Shown here: in pieces, positions 1 through 12,278 of the stretch
How the letters are laid out: each line of letters begins with the position of its first letter
How positions within the stretch are numbered: position 1 is the stretch's first letter
NCBI RefSeq assembly: GCF_003704095.1
Contig: NW_020847187.1
Location: forward strand, 62,001 to 126,000
Length of the DNA: 64,000 nt
Reading direction: 5' to 3'
Source of the DNA: Pocillopora damicornis
Lineage: Eukaryota
Program-made: the position numbers and the translations under genes
Notes under the pieces: model-generated
Told to the model about the DNA's origin: nothing
The model's database searches: none
The model's input: only the letters and a program-made list of their open reading frames with translations

Positions 1-3000
1 AGCTGTGTAGGTAATCTTGTGACAGGATGATAACTGTTTTGATTTACTTCATTGGAGCTGTGTGCTTGAACATGGTAAGGACGTGGAGCGTATTTATTTA
101 ACTGAGCTGCGTTTTCTCTGGACTTACTTATTACTAAAGTGGGAAACATCGTTGCTTTCCCGCCAGCGTGTTCCTCTGGTGCTGCTCCCATTTTCAGGGT
201 GGCAGGTTTATCTTTGGCTGACGCTTTCGCTTTCAAGTGAAGCTTTGAATTAGCTTTGGAGGCACTAGTTTCGTACGTGACTTTGAAGGACGATTCACTG
301 TTATCGGTCACTTCCACTGGCTTGAAGCTTTGACCTTATAACAAACAAAACAATCGCAAAATTAGTTCTCTATCACTGTTTTGTTTGAAATTTACGGCAC
401 CAATGAGTGTCATAAGATTGCAAGAAGAAAGATACATATGTAACATAGTACAAACCTACCTAAGTGATCACAGCCATAAAGCTCCGCCCGCATGCAGATG
501 TGTACACCATACCAAGCCAATGGATGTATTCTGACGTAACGAGCTGTGATTGGATGTCTTAAGTGACGCACTGCTATGGTTTTGCTGTCATCGTTACCGA
601 CAAAAATCTGCGAAATTAAGAAAATTCGATATTTCAAGGACTTAAAACGTTCTGCATCATCCTCTGATAGAATGGCTGTTGTACCTGTTGTTAATTGAAA
701 GGTTGCCAACCTATCTTTGTTAAAACAATTTTTCAAGGGTTTACTTTAAACCGTTTTACTTCAAATGCCCATAAAAAAAACCGGTCAACTCACGTTAAAT
801 TTGGTTACAAGCTACACAAATTCAGTGATACCGAGTGGAAAAAGAACGTTGGATAATAGCCATACGAAATATTCGATAGCACACAAAAAAATAAGAAATA
901 TAAGGCGTATGATACCAATTTATATAGCATACAAACAGTTGCAATAAAGCGCTAACCGATATAAACGGATAAACATAGCTGTCCCCTGAACAGGATTTGC
1001 GAGATATCTTGCGAAACTGTTTGATTACCGCAAAATTGATTAAGAAGACGATTCTTTGAAAGTTTGGTACAGGAGGAATTCCTCGCCTCTTCACATTCCT
1101 TATTTAATCGGTTCTTCGAAGTACGGTTATAACCTTAGCTTAGTCCAGCCTTTCAGCTCAGTGGCACACAGAAAGACTTGAAGTAGGGAGAAAATTCGAA
1201 TGTCCTAAATACATCAGTTACACCACATCTTCTGGACAAAGAAGCGATGGCGGATATTTTGGTTTTACAAAATTTGCTCAAAATTTTCCCATTTCCTAAA
1301 ATCTCAGTTGTAGTTAATGCTATCCTTGAGCAACTCCACTTGTATCAATCGACGAAATTACACAATATTTTACTTCAACACATAAATAGACAAGCGGAGG
1401 AGAAACAGTTACTTGATACCTTTTGTCTGTTGTCCTCTGTGTAGTTTGTCCACTTTAACCCGTTTGCACTGTAAGTGATTCCATACCTCACCACCCAGCG
1501 GTCGTCACTAACTTGCCCTTGTGTTCCAATACCTGAACAAAAGGAGAAAATGATAATTCATGAGAAGTTTACACACAAGAGTGTTACTTTAACTGACAGA
1601 GAGAACACTATACTCTTACAAATCCAACCACTTCAGTAAACTACGTGTAATATTCTTATTAAGAAGTGACTCCTATAGACAATGCAGTAATTATTATTAA
1701 TAAACGTACTGAAGCCCACTATAGACTACAACGAAGCTCACCACTGACGCAATCTCACAGTTCTCTCCAATCTCACAATCTCCTTCCTCAGTAGCTCTCT
1801 CTCTCTCGGTATAGATTTCCAGACAGTCGGTCACTCCCAACAACAACAACAACAACTAGTTCTACACGACCGAGTAGTATGCGAGAACATTCCGGAAGCT
1901 TGCAGCACAACTATTTGGTAGCATTACTTAATAACTACACAACATAACAGCTGTTCTAGAAAGTTCCTTGGTATGACTGTATAGAACGTTTGTGTATGCA
2001 TGTCAACAATTCTAAAAAACTTCTAGAAACTTACCTTTACAAGCAGCATACATAACGAGTAAAATTGATGCGTTACAAGCAAGAAAAACATGAAGAGGAA
2101 AAGCTATATCTCTCTCTTATTTGTTTTTGTCTTGACTAGCTCAGGAAGAAACAAATCATATCAGAAACGACAAAAATGACATTGACAAAAGGTGTACTGA
2201 AATATATGTGATAAAACTATGCAACAGTATACAAGTGTTACAACTAATCTTGTTATTATCGGGAATGTTACCATCCACGACTGACCTGTGACTTTTCTTG
2301 GCTTTTTGAGATCAATCTCTAGAAATTGCTCCTTATCAGCCAGTTTTGCGCACCAGCTCCCTCTTGTGGACACACGCTCGTTACGAGCAGTTATTACGCG
2401 TGCGTAGAAGGCAGGGTGTGCCTTGTCTATTGTGGATGAACCAGAGATCTCGTGGTCCAAGATGGTACCATTTGACATTCCCATTGGTGAAAAACATTCT
2501 TTCATAACAAGTAAATCAAAAGAACATTGGTTATTGTAAAAAATAAGCATTTTCGACCTCATTCCTGAAACACTGTTTCATATGCAAAAACGTAACATAA
2601 TACATGAGCTAACGACAGCGGCTGGAAGATGAATCGACCATGAAAAAAAAAACCTGTTGAATTAAGATAGGGTAGGAATATAGTGAGCAACATCCTAAAT
2701 TAAGGTGGCTCGTAGTTGGTTAAGGCGTGTCTTGACCACCAAATTAGGAAAAGATTAGGATTTTGCACATTTTTTTGCTTTTCAATACGAAATCGACGAT
2801 GTAATAGTGTTGGAGCAACATTGGTCTACTGAGTTGGTATATTTGTGGAAATTTCCCACAATTGGATTTTACCTGGGCAGCTTGGTCTGGTACATGGCAC
2901 TTTCTCCGTGTAAGACTCTGTTCCAGGTGGACAGTTTTGATTTCGTTCGTTTCCTTTGGGTTGGCATTTTACAACCCTTTTCTTCGTTCCTTTTCCACAA

Positions 3001-4149
3001 CTCACACTGCAATCGCCAAAATTTGACCACGAAGTGAGTGGATTTACGATCTCTATGGCAGAAGAATCCGCTTGAACTGTATCAGACAGCAATCCTGCAA
3101 AAATCAAGATCAGGTAAAAAATAATTTTAATCAGTCCATGTCCGTCTAGCCCGTCTCCCTGGACCTGAAAAATGTTCAGTTGCGGGTAAAATAGGTAATC
3201 AATTCAGAATGCCATGCGTTCGCGATTTGACCCGAGATACAACATCTCCGGAGAAAGCGGACTTAAGGCGGTTGGAAACAGTTCTAATGGATCTTCAACT
3301 GCTTCACACTTCAAAATATAAATCTCATATCATAGAAGTAATACACATTATCAACACTAAATCCTTGAAAACGTAATGAATTAACAGATTTACCTGGAAT
3401 GCAGCCGTATAACTCAACTCTCATACAAATATGATCTCCGTACCACGACAGAGGGTAGATACGTATATAACGTCCGTCGAAAAATCTTTGTAACCAGTGA
3501 ATCTTGACAGAATCTTTGTCGTCACTTCCCTGCAATGACTAGATCGATGAAACACAATGATAACTTAGTTATTTAAATTGACGCACTAAATAGGCGTAAG
3601 TAGTACTTAGAAGTTACTAGTACTTAGTACTTAGTACTTAGTAGAAACTCAAGTCAACCATGACCTAGACTTAGATACTCTGGTTATTCTCTTGGTCATC
3701 TTAACAGCCCTCAGGCCCCTTTGCCTTTCCCTTACAGACAATGACATTCAAACTTTCCTAGAAAGGGAAGAAATAAAAATACGGAAAGAAAAACCGAAAG
3801 TTGCGTATTCAGTGGCTTTGGTAATGGCATTCTTACGGCTGAGAACGAAAACGGAAACTGGAAGATTTGCTACAGGCCGATTTTGACCGTCAATAAATGA
3901 GAATTTTGAATATTAAAAATCATGCCTATGGTTTGTTTTTGTAGTGTTCCAATGCACTTTTTCATGTTGAGCCGTTTAGCGCCAAAGCACTTTACGATTT
4001 TTATTCTGGGATTGTAAATCCTTTTATTTTCATTCATTAGTAAAGTTGACTATTCATTGTCAGCAAAGGGCTGTTGTGTTTATTTGATAAACAAAATAAT
4101 ATATGGTTGCTTGTAGATATGGAATTATTCTTCTCGTGTTCAACTCGAC

Positions 4150-4180
<31 letters not shown>

Positions 4181-4182
4181 CC

Positions 4183-4213
<31 letters not shown>

Positions 4214-7200
4214 ATCTACGCGCGCCCATGTATTATTCTCTATTTATCTTACCGGCAAAGTTTTGATTTTTTGCGCTAGTAAATCTAACTCACTATTTCC
4301 CTGTCGAGCATCTCGGTTACCACTGTGGGAAGAATTTCTTTTTCATACGTTATTTCTGTTTTCTTAGTTGCCCACTCTTCCAACCAAGTTTTAATCACTC
4401 CCCCTTAGATTTCCGATGAAATTTCCGAATTTGCAATTTCAAAATCAAAACATGGTCATACTTCGCCCGTTAAATCCTCAGTTACGCACTGAAATGTCCT
4501 TCCATTCTGACTATAACAGAGTTTGAAGCTTGTGACGTAATTGTCAGCAAGAGAGGCACCCTGTAAAGCCACGCCCGATAACGTCTTCTCTTCTCTGAGA
4601 TCCACCGTCAGATAAGGTTCTTTGTCATCCTCATCTGCACACCAGGCTGTCCTCTGAGGATCGTCGTAAAATGAAACTAGATTCAAGCGGCCGTAATACG
4701 GCTTATGGAGATGATATGTCGAGGAGGCAGTAATTTGACCGTCTCTTATTTTCATGTCTTCCATTCCTAGCGGTGAAAAGCATTCTGCAAAGACGGTATG
4801 AAATAGGTTGCTAAAGAGGTTCTCTTCTGAAAGGGTCTCAAAGAGGCTGTACTCTTTGACAATGATGCAAAAAAATTATTTTTTATCATACTTTTTTAAT
4901 TTGTATTTTTTTCAGGGTTTCTTCGAGTGACTTTACTGTTACTTAGGGAGTACAAACGAGACCTATGAAAGATAGAGGATAGATGTGGCGATGCTTGTTT
5001 TGTTTCTTCCGAGAAGAGGACTTGCATTCAACACCAGGCTTGGACGAGCTTTAATAAACGTTTATTTTCTCCTCGAATAAGTAGTCGTACATACCTTTTT
5101 CAAATTCACATCTCTGCATCAATTTTTTAATTTCTTCCTGACTCAAAGCTTCATTTGACATATAAAATTCATCAATTTGCCCGTCGAAGAGTCTCTCTCC
5201 TTTGTGTTCACCGATCCCAGCTTTCTCTTGCCAATCTTGTGACAATTCTCCCGAGCCATCCCCTCTCAGGATAAACTTGGCGTTAACGTAGATATCTGCT
5301 TGGCCTAATTTAGCATCGTACGTGCACGCAACATGCGTCCAGACGTGAGGAGGAACGATTACTTCTGACGTAACGTTGAAAATTATCTGATTACGTTCAT
5401 TCCTGTGAAACCATCTGACTGAGCCGTTGTCGATTTCCAGATGGTACTGACCATTATCGTGTGTCGAGTTAACTCCACCTATTGTGTCAAACAAAGAGTT
5501 TGTTCCCTCGACTGAGAATAGCTTTATCCACGCTGCAATCGTTACGGCTACACGTGGTTTTTGCTGAAAAGAAGGTCCATTTAGTAATATGTCTCCTCCG
5601 TTGAGATCAACGCCATTACCACATCTTTCACTGAACTGAGCTGTTCTTGCGAAGTTCACAATTTTGGCGTCATTATGAAACTGAGATTCGTCCACTATGA
5701 TGTTGGCCTTTAAGATGTATTCAAAACGGAGGTAGACAACTGCTTTTTCAATTGCTGAAAAAAAAATGATATTTGAAACCAATATCACTGGGAAAATCCA
5801 CTCCATAAGATGTTGTGGTAAAAAACAACAAAAGCTCTCCATTAAGCTCTCGTTACATGAATTATCGAGTCACATGATAGTTCCGGATGGGACCGATTAA
5901 GATAACAAAGGCGTAGGATGCTTTTTTGACTTGTTGTAGGCATTTTCAGAGATCTGGGACCGAGCTAACCTAGTCTTTTAACGTTACGAAACTTATTCCT
6001 GCTTCGTCTTTTATATTTAAGAACTTGAAAGTATGTAGTGAAAAAAGTTAAGTTTTTGTTTCAAGGTTTGGTAGAGTCATGATCTTTACTTCAAACGAGT
6101 GGAAAAAAATATTGTCGGCTCAGGCCTACGGTGTTATGGGCTGGCGTAGCCCCTGGATAGGTACAGCATTCGGTACACCTCTAAGAGAAAATTCCTTCAT
6201 TCACTGTATTAAGTAAAGGCCATTTTTTGCTCTGATCTGATTGATTCAACTGACAGCACATGAGCCGGCAATTTACCTCTTTGCTAAATGAATTTCTTTC
6301 TAACATGACATTCATTAGACTCGTTATCGTGGACGTTTGCGACGCTGCCTTATGATTTTTCTTTTCTCTTCCCGAATTTGGTCAATCCGGTTGACAAACA
6401 AAAATTTTGAAATAACCGAGCAGTAATTTTCCGATGCAGATGCGCCAGCGTTAGTATTTAGTACTTACTGGACATAATGCTAAGATCCTCCTCACTTAGT
6501 TTTCCTGAAAAGCAAGCAGTTATCACCAGAATCAGGGGAAAGCTATTAACATAGTAGCGACAGAACTGCAGCTTTTGGATAATTTAAAAGAAAATTTTTT
6601 GCGGTCGTTGCTGTTTTCAAGTTTTCTTTTGTCTAACCGAGAGATTCCACGGAATTAAAACATTCTGCCGTTTTGTGCAGTTTGAATTGTCTCCTTACAT
6701 CGTATGTCACTTAGATGGTGACATATTACAGAAACACGTTTATATTTAATTTGACAGTATTTGTGTCTTTATGAGCCTTCTAATTGGCTTTATAGTGAAG
6801 GCTAAACAACTAGCCGACAAGCACAGAAATACAATCTGAAAAAATATCTAAAAAAGTCATTACCTTTGATCTTCATGCTGTCACTATCGTCATTTTTGCC
6901 TTGTGATTTGCTCTCTTTATTTCCCTTTGCGTTTTTCTCCTTCTTCTCCTCATCCGATAAAGTGGCATCGGTCACTTGAGAAATCAAAAAGAGGAAAATC
7001 AATGTCTTTTTCTTCAAGAGATTACAAACTCTTGAGGATTTTGGTTGCGTCACGATAAAATGAACCTGATTGTCCCATAAGGCTCTGCAATATTCGTATG
7101 TTCCCTCCTCATTGGCTGTTAATTGGCAGTCAGTTCTCTACTGTCCCCCTCTTAATACTCTATTGGCGACGACTGATCTCTCCCCTCCGTTCCCCCCCTG

Positions 7201-10200
7201 AAAACTATATGATCTTCCCAAAATCCTCACCCCCCAGTATCGGTCCCATAAGAACCTCGACTTTGTATCGGTCCATAAAAATTGCTGACCTCACTCTTAG
7301 TCTGTAACGCATACTTTTAGACGACCCGCCCGTTTTGGATGCGCAAAATTAACCCCATGATCAAAAGAGGGTGATGAGTGAGATGCATTGTCCCATCGTT
7401 AGATAAGAAGCATATTTACCATTTCTGCAGCCAAAGAGTTCAATCCTCATGCAGTTGGTTAGACCACTCCAAGTCAAAGGAAGAACACGAACATACCGAG
7501 CTATGAACCTTGGAAACCAGTGAGTTACTACTGAGTCACGGTCCTTGTTACCTGTAAAGTTCTGAAAAAAGTGTTACAAAAAAAACAGTTATTTCTAAGA
7601 AGAGAAGTATGTAGGTTTGGTTATCGCAAACAATTTTCCTGGCGTACGTTTTGGGTGATACGTAATTCATATTTTTAACCGGAGGTCTCAATAATTATTT
7701 TCATAAGCGATTGCCCATGATGTTAGAGGCAGCTGTGCTGTAAAGGGAAACACAAGAACCTGCTCTCAAGCTAAATAGGCGACGGTAAGTGGTGTTGCAG
7801 GTGCGGTAGACCATCAGTAGCTGGCTGTTATCGAAGCTCCTGTCCCCAATTAGATTGATTGAACTAAGGGTTTTACTAAACTATGATGTAACTAAAGTCT
7901 CTATTAACAAAAGATTTACCATTGTCACCCTCACTGTTTGACCTGCATAGGCAAGGTTACTGAGCCATTATCCATGAGCGGCTAAATGAAGAGTGGGAAG
8001 CCAAAACTTTCATAGAGAGTATAGGTACAATTTTAAAGCTTAGGTTTCCTCATCTTTAGTTTTTGTTCATCAGTATATGACGTCTTCAAACTGAAATGTG
8101 TTATATTTGCACTCACTCTGGGACTGCTGTCTCTTTTGCGTCCCTCCGTCACCATTAGCCAATGCTTGCCGTTAGTACTGTATGACATGGCATACCTAGT
8201 TACCCAGTTGTCAAACATGGACTGACCTTGCGTTGAAATACCTATTTGAATAAAGATTGTTTTGAGAGGGAGGTAAAAGTGATTTTCTTGCAGAGACCAC
8301 TGCCCTGAGAACAGGCTGAGTTAGGTAACACATGAATTGGGAAGAGATCAATTCCATAGAATTTAAGGCTTAACAAATACTAAAGATGTCGTTGGAGAAT
8401 ATGAAAGGTTAAAGGAAGGATGAGTGTTCAAGCAGAATGGTAGAAATTATCAGTGTGGAATCAAATCTGTTAAAAAGGACGCTCAATCTAAACCTAAACG
8501 AAGAAAGGCTTAAACGAGATATGCAGTCTTTAGATAGATAATTTAAGGATGCCACAGCTAGTTTCTAATAATTTGTTGAAACCCTATCATTTCTATTAAA
8601 ACGTATTATCACAAATATTAGCGGAGCTCGTACATACCGATAATACAAATTTTTGGTCGTTGTTTAGATAAGTGATCAGTATTTGATGGTCTCCCTTGTG
8701 AGTTGAGAATCACAACGTCCTCAACAAACAACAAGAAGACTTGTCCTTACAACCCTAAGCAATAACAACAACAACAGTATAGCGCGACAGTGGAGAAGAG
8801 AAGACATTAGCTTACCTGAGATGCCCGTCTTATTTCCCAAGTCAATTTCAAGAAATTCTGTCTCATCCGCAAAAGCCGAACACCACCCACCACGGGAGCC
8901 TTTGACGGTTTTATTCAGACGGGCATGGTAGGGTTGATGGTGTTCATCGTAAGATGAAGAAGCTGTAATCTGGGAATCCTTTATCAGTCCTCGGGTTATA
9001 CCAAGAGCTTCTTGACAGTCTGGAACCAATTAATAACAGAATGTTACAAAGTTAACCCATACATTGATGATCCCGCTAAAGAAAACGAGACAGCTTATCT
9101 AAATTTGCATTTAACAACATCGTGAGGAGTTAGCCATGGATTTAAAACTTTGAAAATGAGCCATAACAGTTTATTATTTGGTATTCTTTGCGATTCTTTT
9201 GAAATTTACCCTTCCCTCTTCTATCACTGCATGTTTCCCACCCTATGGCTTGAGAGGGCTATCAAAAATGCGACAATACATTCTTCCGACTGTAGAAATC
9301 CTATCTATATTTTGTGACATGTACCTTTTGTAGGAGTATCTAAAGTAGGGCAGCGGCTTTTGCCATTCAGCTCTCGAGATGTCTTTCCATCTCCAACGTT
9401 AGACGCCAACCACTTGTGACTTACAAATTCATATACACAACCATCCTTTCCTTTAATCTTCACCTGGTAAAGAACGGAAGGATAAAAGACATTTAAAATT
9501 TGCTGAAAGCGTTGAACGAGAAAAAGTTTAGTTCCCCGCAAGGATAAATTGAGCCGTAGTTGCAGCGATTGTCAAGAAAACTAAACAGAAATATTTAGTA
9601 ACTTAAATTTGCGTGGTATTTCTAATTATTATAAGAAAAACTGATTCGATCGGAGTGTGTGCAATAATTCCATCAATTATAATACGACAGAAGCCATTTC
9701 GATTTCCGGAGGTAGGATGGATGCTGAAGAAGAAGCACGTAGGCGCAAAGAAAAATGAGAAATATGGAAAATGTAAAGATTAAGAATGGAATCTTACGTA
9801 AGGGGCAGCAAAAATCAACTGTTAGCATAACTTGCATCCTATCTTGATCGATAGATTTTTCATCAATTTGCAATGGCCTTAACATCGTTATGTCGTTGTA
9901 TTATCATATTGTGGACTGTCGGAACCCCAATTCCTTTTTGATCGATTACGCTGCAGCTTTAAAAGAAGGAGATCCCGGCCGGCAACGCAGACATTGAAGG
10001 ATATTTGCCGAATGAAGTGGTGCTAAGAACCAATACAATTGGTCTCTCTCTCTTCTTTCTTTGAAAATGATGCAATAAGATTTAACTTTAGAAACATTTT
10101 GCTTTTCAAAAAGTAATCTCAAACTCCAGTGCTTTTTATTCCCTTTGCCTTTCCCAAATTCAACACTCTTCCCTCGTTGGTTTTTTTTTTTTTTTTTACC

Positions 10201-12278
10201 TCACTTCTCAATAAATCATTGCTTTATTTTGCTTTCTTTTGATCGGTCTTCTTGACCACTTTGGTTTTTTGGTTTACACCTCTCAACAAAGGTGCTCTAA
10301 ATTTGTCTCCTTAGATGGTACACATGCCTGTAAGTAATTTTACCTTGTCTAAATACCATCCAGATCCAAACCAGCTGTTGTCGTGTCTTATGTTGATAGC
10401 ATTTAGTTTCCCCAGGTACTTGGTTTCAATGACAAATTTATCCTTCCTGAAAATAGACACCAATACTACTGACACAGAGATATCTGAGAAGTTTATAGAT
10501 CCTCATTTCTTGACGCACTTGAAGCTAAATTTGTAATGTCAAAATTAAAGTACTTGTAGATTCACCTATTTTTGTACTTAATTTTAAAGGTCCACTAAAT
10601 ATTGAACCCAAAGTTGCTTGCCCTGAGACTTCAGTTTCTGAAGATGGGCCTTAAATATTCGCTCTGACAACGGGCTAACACTCGAATAGTTAGCTTTAGA
10701 AGCTCTTTACAGTGGCCAATTGACATCATCAACTCCGTTGATTATACCAAATTGTATGTGCAATGCCCACCACCGCTGCACCACCATAGTTACTATAGAG
10801 ACTTACCCTCTTCATTCTTACAAGACGAGTTTATCATTAGTACAACTTACTGTCCTTTTTCGAAGTCGTTCCGTCCTTTGCTTTCAAGTTCTATCTCTTT
10901 CGAGTGGCCCTTTTCACCAAACAGAGTGATAAATACTCGCGCATCTGTTCCTGCTCCAAACTTGTTACCAGTGAATATATAAACTTCATATTTAGTTTTG
11001 GATCCTGAAAGTAAGGGAGTAAAGAGATATACCCAATAATTTATATTGAGGAATTTAAAAGACGCACTTTCCTCATAGGGCTGTCTCGAGAAAAGTTCTA
11101 GAAAAGAGGACAAATGTGCATACAGTAATGTCGGAAGGTAATCTGGGTATCCGGTAATCAAAGAATTTTGATAAGTGAGATGAGTAAATAAATTTAATAA
11201 GCCTAATATGCATCGTGTTGCATCTTGAGTGATAATTTGGAGAATTCAAAGTTGTAGCATACGTTAGACTTTTAATTAATTCTCATTGCGCCATTTCTGT
11301 TATATTCTTTTCCTTTGTATTCGTTCAACCTTTGTTCGATGTTTCGATCAGAAATGAATAGACTGATAAAGAATCAAGACCAAATTTGCACAACTTTTTT
11401 GCTATTTTTTCGCATTGAATTCCGATGATATTTCCATTGTAGACTGAATGACAATATAACAGTATATGTTTTATTTCAGTGTCATCTTAACATTATTTCA
11501 TAGCTTGAAGTACCAGCTCTACACGACTAACATCATTAACAATAAGCTAGAGTTGTTCCCGGCTTCTCCTCGAGCAACCTTTTCGCTTCTCTCGTGCTCT
11601 TAAAACTTCCTGCGTGCGTCCATACGTCGATATACCTACGCTAAGCATAGAACAATTGTGAAAAGTAAAGACTTTTAATAGACCCATAGTATTTTCTCTC
11701 CTCTGTTCATTGTTAGCGAACCGCTCTTCACTTAGTTATTCAGTTATGCAAACGAAAACCCTGGTGTATATCATTTGAAACAAATAACTGTGGGCGGGTC
11801 CATTTTGTTTGGATAGAGAATCAAAAACATGTTCCTGCGGGGATATTGCCTTGCTTGTTTCAGACTATTAAATGTTGTTGCTAATGTTGTTTCTGTTGGT
11901 TTTTTTTGTTTTTTTTTGTTTAAAGGAGACTGCCCCCCTATCATGGAAACGGTAGGTGATTAATTTTAGCCAAGTCAAAAGTGACCTTACAACTTGTTCA
12001 CACAAATTCTACTTGACATGTAAAACATGGGGCTTGTTTGAGAGAAACAGGATTTTTGCTTGGGCGTAAAATGGCATGAAAAAAGATTGCCGAGTCGGAG
12101 GCGTGGAAATAGCACTGTATGATTAAATAGACGTGAATTATTGGATTGCAAATGCAAGATTCGAACTGCAAGATAAGTTAATCTGATATAGTCACCTTAA
12201 AGGTTTTACCAGTTACCTACCTGCTATGATACCAGTTAACAACAGAGGTAGAGTAAAAAACACCACAGAATTTTGCAT
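1..12278 (-). CDS. Gene A: secreted multidomain protein SP-PLAT/LH2-FA58C(discoidin)-LamG-FA58C-TSP1-FA58C-low complexity; 3' end outside the window (>1070 aa)
   Basis: Coding exons (minus, all GT-AG, phases consistent): 12278-12221 ([19 protein letters not shown], signal peptide); 11004-10851, 10446-10344, 9463-9325 (PLAT); 9019-8816, 8241-8117, 7561-7420 (FA58C-1); 6974-6864 and 6504-6469 (charged linker); 5754-5095 (LamG); 4784-4462, 3538-3394 (FA58C-2); 3094-2873 (TSP1); 2498-2286, 1532-1420, 607-460 (FA58C-3); 334-<1 (open to the edge). Motifs: [85 protein letters not shown]. Confidence 0.88.
1582..2041. mobile_element. Dispersed ~460-500 bp repeat, solo-LTR-like (copy 1)
   Basis: Colinear similarity with 26935-27433 (gctcaccactg, tagctctctctcggtat, caacaacaactagt, ggaagctt, ttctagaaactta); TGT...ACA-like ends; no TSD verified. 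Confidence 0.6.
2873..3094 (-). CDS. Gene A thrombospondin type-1 repeat exon
   Basis: [22 protein letters not shown]...C...C...CP. Confidence 0.85.
3690..4245 (+). mobile_element. Non-autonomous DNA element with a terminal fold-back (possibly Crypton-derived)
   Basis: Long imperfect palindrome at 4113-4219. The frameshifted peptide [18 protein letters not shown]...[16 protein letters not shown] recalls the N-terminus of Crypton/DUF3504 proteins. Confidence 0.45.
5095..5754 (-). CDS. Gene A concanavalin A-like/LamG (pentraxin-like) exon
   Basis: [42 protein letters not shown]; phase 1-1 exon. Confidence 0.88.
9325..11004 (-). CDS. Gene A PLAT/LH2 domain (3 exons)
   Basis: [45 protein letters not shown] and FVSHKWL are canonical PLAT motifs. 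Confidence 0.9.
10659..10830 (+). repeat. Short dispersed repeat with a degenerate hammerhead motif (copy 1)
   Basis: Reverse-complement homolog of 19310-19478. Confidence 0.7.
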
